From Ancylonema sp. (Eukaryota), in the NCBI GenBank assembly GCA_050230475.1, contig JBFLGF010000099.1, positions 62,001 through 88,305 of the forward strand: 26,305 nucleotides of DNA. Reading direction: 5' to 3'. Numbering within the stretch: the stretch's first letter is position 1; each line of letters opens with the position of its first letter. Below, piece after piece: positions 19,401 to 26,305 of this stretch. The notes under the pieces were generated by a model. The model made no database searches, was not told the origin of the DNA, and worked only from the letters and a program-made list of their open reading frames with translations. The position numbers and the translations under genes are program-made.

Positions 19401-21232
19401 TTAGCAGAAATAGATTCTGTCTTCGGGCAGCTCCTTGACGTCGGATATGAAATAGTTCACATCTCCAATCACGTCCCCAAAATCCCCTGCACCAACACAA
19501 CACAACCGATGGACCACCCATCGAGTCGTACACGTGGCGTGCATTTTCAACAAAACCGACCCACTCGTACCTTCGTAGACAGTACGGAAATCCTCAAGGC
19601 CCTCTTGGACAAGCTCCTCATAGACCACGGTGCCGGGAGAGGCATCAAGAATGCAAAAGACACCCGGGACCACCCTCTCTATCCACCGCCGTCCATTCCA
19701 CCCCCTCTTAGTGACACGTGTTGCTTTTGTGCCATTCTGGGGAGCAACAAGGGCAGAGGGCGCCAGCCACAACAAGTTGCGAGAATTCATGCCTGGGTCA
19801 TAGGGGAGGGCGGATCCTGAACCCCAGCCCCACAAGATTGGAGTGTTACCTTTATCATCGTAGGGCGATGCTTGTCACCGCAGACCAGACAGAGAGCTCT
19901 ACCTGTCTGACAGTAGCCTAGATTCACGGGAAATGTGGGTGGGTTGTAAGCGGGGTATTCTCGAGCGTGGAACCTGGATTACAAAAGATCTGCGTGACAC
20001 AGTCAGCCCCTGGCACCGCGTCCCACAGTGTTAGCAAACACCAGAGAGTTCGAATTATTCTTAGAACCTGGATTTGGCTGGTTTTTGCAGAGAGACTCTT
20101 TCCCAGGGCCTTGCTTGAAAGGACGGAAATAATGAACAGCAAACAGGTTGCTAGAAGAATGCAGGGCGGAAGGTTCTGGGAGGTTCCTCACAAAGCCCCT
20201 AGTCTCCTTGTTCGTTTTGATATGAAGAGGTGCGCGTGGAAGAGATCAAATCGGGTGAGACTCACGTTCGGACCAAAGGCAGCAGCAGCGGAGAAGAGAA
20301 GGGCGAAGTACTGATTCACACGCTGAAAGACATGCATGCCAGCCAAAACCAGCATCAATGATTCCACAGCATTGCAACAAGGTTCTTGTGGCAAGAGTCA
20401 GCGAAGTTGCAGGGATCTTTGAATCGCACGAATGTTGTCTACTGGTAACGAATGATGGGCGGCATTCTCACTTTGCTTCTGAATCTCCGGCCGTATGGAA
20501 ACTTGCCCAGCTGGCAATGGGCGGCTCGAGAGCCATCGACGTCTGGAATCTGTAGCCAAGGGCAGGGGACACACCAGTTACTGGAAATGAAAACGTGACC
20601 GGCGCCACTTGCCTTCCCAAAAACTGTTTGGGGTCCAGAAGGTCCTACCTCGATTTTATCATATGCCAGCTCCTGAAGAACAGCCTCGGGACCATAACTC
20701 GATGCGACTGCTGCTAATCGAAGCACGTCCCTCGAGCCAATCTGAATGAGCCGCTTCATGTAGTTCCTGCGTGTAGCGCACAGCAGAGTCCATCCGCACT
20801 AACGCTCGCGAAAAAGTGGGAGATACAGCGGCTGGTTCAAGATTCCAGATACCGGCTGTAGGAAGAGCGTCCGACGATCGGTCTGATGCACCTTCTAAGC
20901 TGCTCGAGGCGATCGTCTGAGAGAACAGCCCGCTGGTGCCTCGGGCCAAGGTAGAGAAGTATGTCCTCTGCGCACTCCTGCCGACTGCCATCACTCTTGT
21001 ACCCTGCCGCAGTCCCCGAAGGCCGGCTGAGAAGTTTGTTCAATAGAGGGAGCTTCAGTCCTAGAAGATTGACATTCTGAACATTAAAGCTTGCGCTCCC
21101 CGAGAGTGAGAACGCAGTGGACGGAAATCGTAGGCAATGAATCATCGATGTGCAAATTAGGGATGAGAACACCAAAAAAAGAGCAACAATGCCCCCACAA
21201 CGCGCAGAGCTGGGTGGGCCGTCATAAACCAT
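19401..21232 (-). CDS. Conserved plant protein of unknown function with N-terminal hydrophobic anchor, 7 exons, about 356 aa
   Basis: GT-AG exons 21232-20892, 20766-20649, 20549-20472, 20322-20192, 19973-19903, 19816-19571, 19486-19401 join in frame to 1071 nt. Motifs CQLGKFPYG, RFDLFHAHLF, RLGALFHAREYPAY..FPVNLGYCQTGS..YDPGMNSRNLLWLAP, RTVYEGDFGDVIGDVNY resemble a land-plant uncharacterised family I recall but cannot name. The start codon is uncertain. Confidence 0.8.
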
Positions 21233-21606
21233 CAATGGCTCAGAGAAGAGGAGCGCCAGAATCGGAGGGCGGAAGCAAATATATCAGGAATAATGACCGC
21301 TGACAGGGACCCCAGAACCATGGATCTGTTCTCTAATTCACGGTTGGGTTAACTGTGGACTTCGCATCCAGACCACAGCAAATCGTAACAACAACTTCCG
21401 GTGAAGTGTCTCGTTCAGTTCCGACAACAGCAGCAGCTATGTGTAGCTTTCAATGGCTTTCAATGAAGGACGCTAGCCCATCCAGCAGCCATCCGACACA
21501 TCCCGCCATCTTGAAGTCCGAGGACAAATCTCACGCAGTGCACGCCATCACGATGCGCCCAAGAGTCGCCGACTGGCCCGTTATAAGGCGGTCATAACAT
21601 ATGGTA

Positions 21607-22314
21607 CGGTTAGAAACAAGCTCCGTTTTTGTTAGAAACAAGCTGGCGAAAACAATTCTCGCTTGTTGCCTGTGATTCTCGATCTGACCCCGTAATGCCG
21701 CTATAAAGCGAAACAATGTCACTTGGCCCGCGGCCTCTCCCGCTTCTACGCACTCCCCCCTCTCCTGCTCCCTCCCTCTGCCAGCGTTCCTTCTGTCGCC
21801 TACGATCTATCCGATCTCAATCAAATTTTCTTCATTTTGACAGCGGAAAGGCGCATAATATTCCTGTCAAAATTATATCTCAGAAACATCCAAAATTTCA
21901 AATTTTAAAGGACGAAAATTCAATTCACAGCGTCGGATATACGCAACTGACCCCGAAAATGCGCGAGCAGTCATAAATTCCGAATTTTCGATTCAATGTC
22001 ACTGTTTATTTTTTTCAGAAGGTAGAAAATTACTTCAGCTATCGACCTGTCCAAATTTTAGAAGAATTGGTGAACAATACACTTGATGCGGATAAATCGT
22101 GTCACCGCGACCCGATGGGCGAGGTCGCGATGTGTTCAGGAATTTACCCCGTTATTTCGATTTTTCGTACGTAGAATCGGGACAGGCCGAGGGCCAAGAC
22201 ATTGTTTCGTTTTATAGCGGCATTATGGAGGCGGATCGAGAATTACAAGCAACAAGCGAGAATTAGTTTCGCCAGCTTGTTTTTTCTAACAAAAAGCGAG
22301 CTTGTTTTTCACTG
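21607..22314. mobile_element. TA-flanked MITE with long (about 145 bp) TIRs, 708 bp, Tc1/mariner-type
   Basis: TA|CGGTTAGAAACAAGCTC...(to about 21750) is the imperfect reverse complement of about 22169...GAGCTTGTTTTTCACTG|TA. Confidence 0.85.
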
Positions 22315-22410
22315 TACCCTAAAACATACGCCACATATTTGGCCTCTGTCAAAACCAACAGCGCGTTTAATTTGCCTGGGGCGGAAATGTCGACTCGTAC
22401 AATTGTACTA

Positions 22411-23432
22411 CAGTAAAACCTGTCTAAAGAGAAAGACGCATTTTATTCAAGCACGATGGGAACCCCATCTCAGTACAACACCAACGTTATCGTACCAACC
22501 TAACGGAACAGAAGAAGGAAAATAACCCCAACACTAAAACAACCGAGCAACAATACTTAACTCTGCTGACGACAATAACACCCGCGGAGGGGGGGGAGGT
22601 AACAGAGCCATACCCTCTTCCAATCGCAACGTCCTAGCATGGATTGCATGTGCTAGAGAACGTTGTAAAGCAACATAAACTCTATGCCGAAACCAAGTAA
22701 CTAACAAACTAACATTCCGCCCCGATCGCCCATTCAGTTGCGCCGCACGGTGAGCACAATCCACCAACAACCGATTGCTTGCATCGGAAAGCGCACCGTA
22801 CGTCTCTAACGCAAACGGGATAAACTTGGTCCCTGCCGCGCGATCACGATACTCTCGGGACCGGGATTTTATATTCTTTTAATACAGGTTATTCACTTAG
22901 ACAGTTTTGGCTCTAAATGTCCTTAAACCTGTTCCTATGTTCCTGCGACGGGAAACAAGCCAGTATCGAGCTTAGAATCCGCTCAAACGTGTTTTACAGC
23001 TTCCATATGGGTTAACGACAATATTATGTCGTGTAGGCAGTTCCAACAACCTGGGAGATACTAGAGATCCACGAACGTAGTTTTCTGACGTTGGATTCGA
23101 CGTGGTGGGCACTCGTACTTCCCGCCTAAATGTTGCACGGTCGCAATTTTGTCGCGTGACGACTCCAATTGTAACTTCCCACAATCTGGGAGACACATTT
23201 AGCTGTACGGAAATGTAAAAACCTGTATAAATCTGTACGGATATGTATTATTCCTTTACACGTTCGCGGGCCGGGAAAAATTATTCCTTTAGAGAATTAT
23301 GCAGGTTTTGGAATAATTACACTCGCCCAACTTCGGGACCGGGATTTTTTGTTCCTTTAGAGAGGATGAATGCGTCTCCCTTTTTAGAGAGGTTATTCCT
23401 TTAGACAGTATTCCTTTAGACAGGTTTTACTG
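22411..23432. mobile_element. Non-autonomous pogo/Tc1-mariner-type element, 1022 bp
   Basis: Perfect 19-bp TIR CAGTAAAACCTGTCTAAAG / CTTTAGACAGGTTTTACTG with TA on both sides. Multiple subterminal TATTCCTTTAGA-like motifs at 23249-23420. Confidence 0.9.
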
Positions 23433-23492
23433 TACCGCATGATGCGCCAGAAACAATGCGCCAGAAACAATTTTGTGCGCTACTCACGAAAT

Positions 23493-23501
23493 GGCGGGAA
23501 A
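23493..23501 (-). promoter_or_regulatory. Canonical E2F binding site upstream of ECO1/CTF7
   Basis: GGCGGGAAA equals TTTCCCGCC on the minus strand, about 140 bp upstream of the ATG of an S-phase cohesion gene. Confidence 0.55.
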
Positions 23502-23641
23502 TTTCAATTTCTGATCCAACTCGCTCGGAGGGCAGCTTCAAAAGCACGCGTAGCAGCTGTAGCTGAATATACGACGGGGTGGAGACGTCCGTTGGCAGCT
23601 ATAGATTGCGAGTGGCAGAAGTTCTAACGGGTTGTCATGGC

Positions 23642-25592
23642 ATGAGGCTAGCGGGCTTCACTGATGGCAAGCGGGGATCAACGATGAAGGATGCTTCTCG
23701 TCATCCTTTGTCAAAGTTGGTGCCTGCGAAGCGTGTCATCGGACAATATTTTCTGGATTTCGGTCAGCGGGACTTCACGTACAAGACCTGTCGCATTTGC
23801 GGCCTCGTTTATGCTGCTGGCTTGGACGAGGACGAGAAAGTACACGCCAAGTATCACAAATCTCGTCTGAGGGGCATAACTTTTCAGGTAGCTCCCGTGC
23901 CGTTCAGCAAGATATATGTTAACGAAAGCTATCCGTGTCGGGACCTACCAGGCTATCTCACAGGATTTCATCGAACCTCCAGATACTTGTCGCTGTTCCA
24001 ATCTGCCCTAGCATTCTTTGCTGAGAACGTCAAGTCTCTATGCCACTTCAGAGTCTGCGCTGATGCTGGCCTGGGCCGCTGAACAGGGATGGCAACAAGA
24101 GCGAGTAGTGCGCAAAGTGGACAATAAAGGAACTCGGATAATACTCGTTCTGCCAGATGACTCTCCGCAACATTTTCGGAAGGTACATGTCTGCAAAGTA
24201 GCACATGCATTTTTTACCAACCGCATCCGGAGTACTTATTGTAACATGACTGCCCAATGACCTCTGTTTTGAGCTACCTCTGCCTGGTTCAGGTCGAGGA
24301 GGTGTCTTCGATGCTGGAATGTGAATTGGGACTCCCAAAAGATTGGCTACTGAATGGCAGATGCAAGGTAAGGAACGGAGGCTGACAGTTGGTTTGCTTT
24401 TCCGCACAAGCACGTCTATCAAAGAGAAAATCTTATACTCGGGTGGTCGCTGTCATCGGTGAGCCATTCTGATGAAGGAAGGATTCTTTGGAGCCTGACG
24501 AGTGTGTATGTGCATGGGCCAGACATACCTCTACATCTCTGCGAAGAAGGTGGTGGGCTGCATGATGGTGGAACCCCTGACGGAAGCATTTGCTGTTCTA
24601 CACTCGCAAAGAAACCAGGCAGCCGAACGACCCGTCATCAAATCGGATGCTTCCTCATTGTCAAGTCAGATTGACGAATCTGGAGTGGCAGGAACAGAGG
24701 ATGGAGAGGGCCGAGAGGATGATACTGAAGCCGGCTCAGGTTCTCACCACCTTGGTGGTCAACACCACATACCATCCGACGCGTTTGCAAGTGGCAGCAG
24801 GGCTGCAAGCGACGCAGAACCAGCTCACGCTCTTGGAACTGTGGCCAGTGGCCTACCAGGGCTGTCTCGCTGCTCCAACTCCGAGGCATCTTCCAGCAGC
24901 GGCGGCGCAATCCCCACACTGCCAGCTGTCAGCAGCGTCAGTTCCGCCACCGGCAAGCAGGCTACGGGGCACGAGAATCCAGGTGGCGGACAGGAGGAGA
25001 GGAGTCGCTTTCTGGTTCACGGCCAAGTCACGTTCGTCCGTGAGGGGGGCAAACGAGTGATTGCGAACTCAAGGGTGCGAAATGACTCCACCTCCTCCTC
25101 CTCCTCCTACGTTTGCGCCCCAACCCCATTGCCAGCCTCGTGCGGCATTCGTGCCATGTGGGTACACACTGCTGAGCAAAGGAAAGGCGTGGCCACTAGA
25201 CTCCTGGATGCTGTGAGGTGAACTATCCCCCCCTACCTCAAATTCTTACCACCCTATTGAGGGCTTGTGAGGGAGAGCGGAGAAGAGCACCGGAAGTCAT
25301 GAGACACTTTTTCTGCGATCGTCCAAATACATCCGAGCTTATGGTTACTATAATCTACTTCTTCTTCTAAGTGACCTCCATCATGATTCCTGAAATACAT
25401 TTTGCACATCGGATTTGATAAGGAAGGTTTGTGGGGCTGAGCAGGTCCTCTTATGCCTATGGCTCCATCCTCGCCCGCTCTTCTTGCGCCTTCTCCCAAC
25501 CCACCCCGGACGGACGCGCCTTTGCGTCAGCCTACTGTGGAACAGAGAGCTTTCTCGTGTACCAAGATAAAAACTCCACCACCTCCACTTGA
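23642..25592 (+). CDS. CTF7: Establishment-of-cohesion N-acetyltransferase ECO1/CTF7 (ESCO family), 5 exons, about 419 aa
   Basis: Exons 23642-23887, 24087-24182, 24293-24367, 24523-25217, 25445-25592 join in frame (1260 nt). C2H2 finger QYFLDFGQ..CRICGLVY..EDEKVHAKYH; FQGWQQERVV; YLYISAKKVVGCMMVEP; acetyltransferase CGIRAMWV..QRKGVATRLLDAVR..AFSQPTPDGRAFASAYCGTESFLVY. Start ATG could alternatively be 23684. Confidence 0.93.
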
Positions 25593-25662
25593 CTTCGTAC
25601 CACAATCCCTTCCGTCAGGGTTGGTTGCACCGCCCATAACCGTACATGTACCTGTAACCAAA

Positions 25663-25714
25663 GCTGTAGCTGTAGCTGTAGCTGTAGCTGTAGCTGTAGC
25701 TGTAGCTGTAGCTG
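25663..25714. repeat. (GCTGTA)8 microsatellite downstream of the CTF7 stop
   Basis: Eight perfect GCTGTA units plus GCTG. Confidence 0.95.
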
Positions 25715-26305
25715 AGGCTCAGCCGTTTGCGCTCTTCCGATTTGATAAGGTACCGCCAGTGATCACCCTTGTCAATATGGAGTGGCTCGTCGTTCGGATC
25801 AGGAGTTTTGTCGCTCTGTGTAAATATTATTTGATCAATTTTTGAGTTTCATCAGTTTCAGAGAACTTGTATCGCACTTCTTTCGCGTAGTATTGAGAAG
25901 TAGGGGGAGGAGTGAACGCCAATGTGACTCAGTCGAGCTGAATTGTACTGCAGGTTCAATTCGGTGGGGCATCAATTCCACTTATTCGGTTGTAAGAAGC
26001 CGGTGCGTTTTGACTGCGATTCCTTGACTGCAAGAAGGGAGCAAGGGATCAACTTCCCACGCTTCTCAAGTCGCTCACAGATGCACAGAGTACATAAAAA
26101 CGAATGAACCACAAATCCCACTACCAAAAAAATTGTACACTACAAGCTGCCTGCCTGTACATGCTGCGCCTTATTCCCACTGTCCCCACCCACCATCTTG
26201 TCTGGGGCTACGATTCGTTACCAAAATCACCATTCTCTTCTATATACACCTCACTCAGCGTTTCCTTCTCAAACCGCTCAGTACAACATTCCGACCCCTC
26301 CCCCC

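Noticed and set aside
21531..22525. Two similar ORFs (FRFIAAL..IEN..QQARI) on opposite strands
   Set aside because: They are translations of the two TIR arms of the 21607-22314 MITE.
25453..25845. 130-aa ORF with a VAVA repeat
   Set aside because: Wrong frame over the last CTF7 exon, extended by the (GCTGTA)n microsatellite.

Overview
Eukaryotic, intron-rich, plant-lineage DNA; a streptophyte alga or early land plant is my inference from the protein families and short GT-AG introns. Three host genes were reconstructed by hand: a TMEM33/Pom33-family gene (minus strand, 1-1970, 3' end outside the window), a 7-exon conserved plant protein of unknown function (minus, 19401-21232) and the cohesin acetyltransferase ECO1/CTF7 (plus, 23642-25592). 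Upstream of TMEM33 lies a 10,043-bp Mutator-like element (MULE, 2210-12252) with 303-bp TIRs and a perfect 9-bp TSD. Its dead transposase gene is FAR1-like/DDE remnant/SWIM/zinc knuckle followed by an OTU-like cysteine protease domain. Nested inside the MULE is the most unusual object in the window: a 4.7-kb Gag-only retroelement with split direct repeats (A1-gag-B1-A2-B2), no 4-6 bp TSD, and an LTR-like TGTCGTA...TACGACA unit plus a PBS-like motif inside repeat A. The rest is an AT-rich relic region (about 12.4-18.1 kb) with decayed coding fragments, three TA-flanked Tc1/mariner-type MITEs, one older TIR element and microsatellites. All family assignments come from motif recognition by eye; no searches were run.
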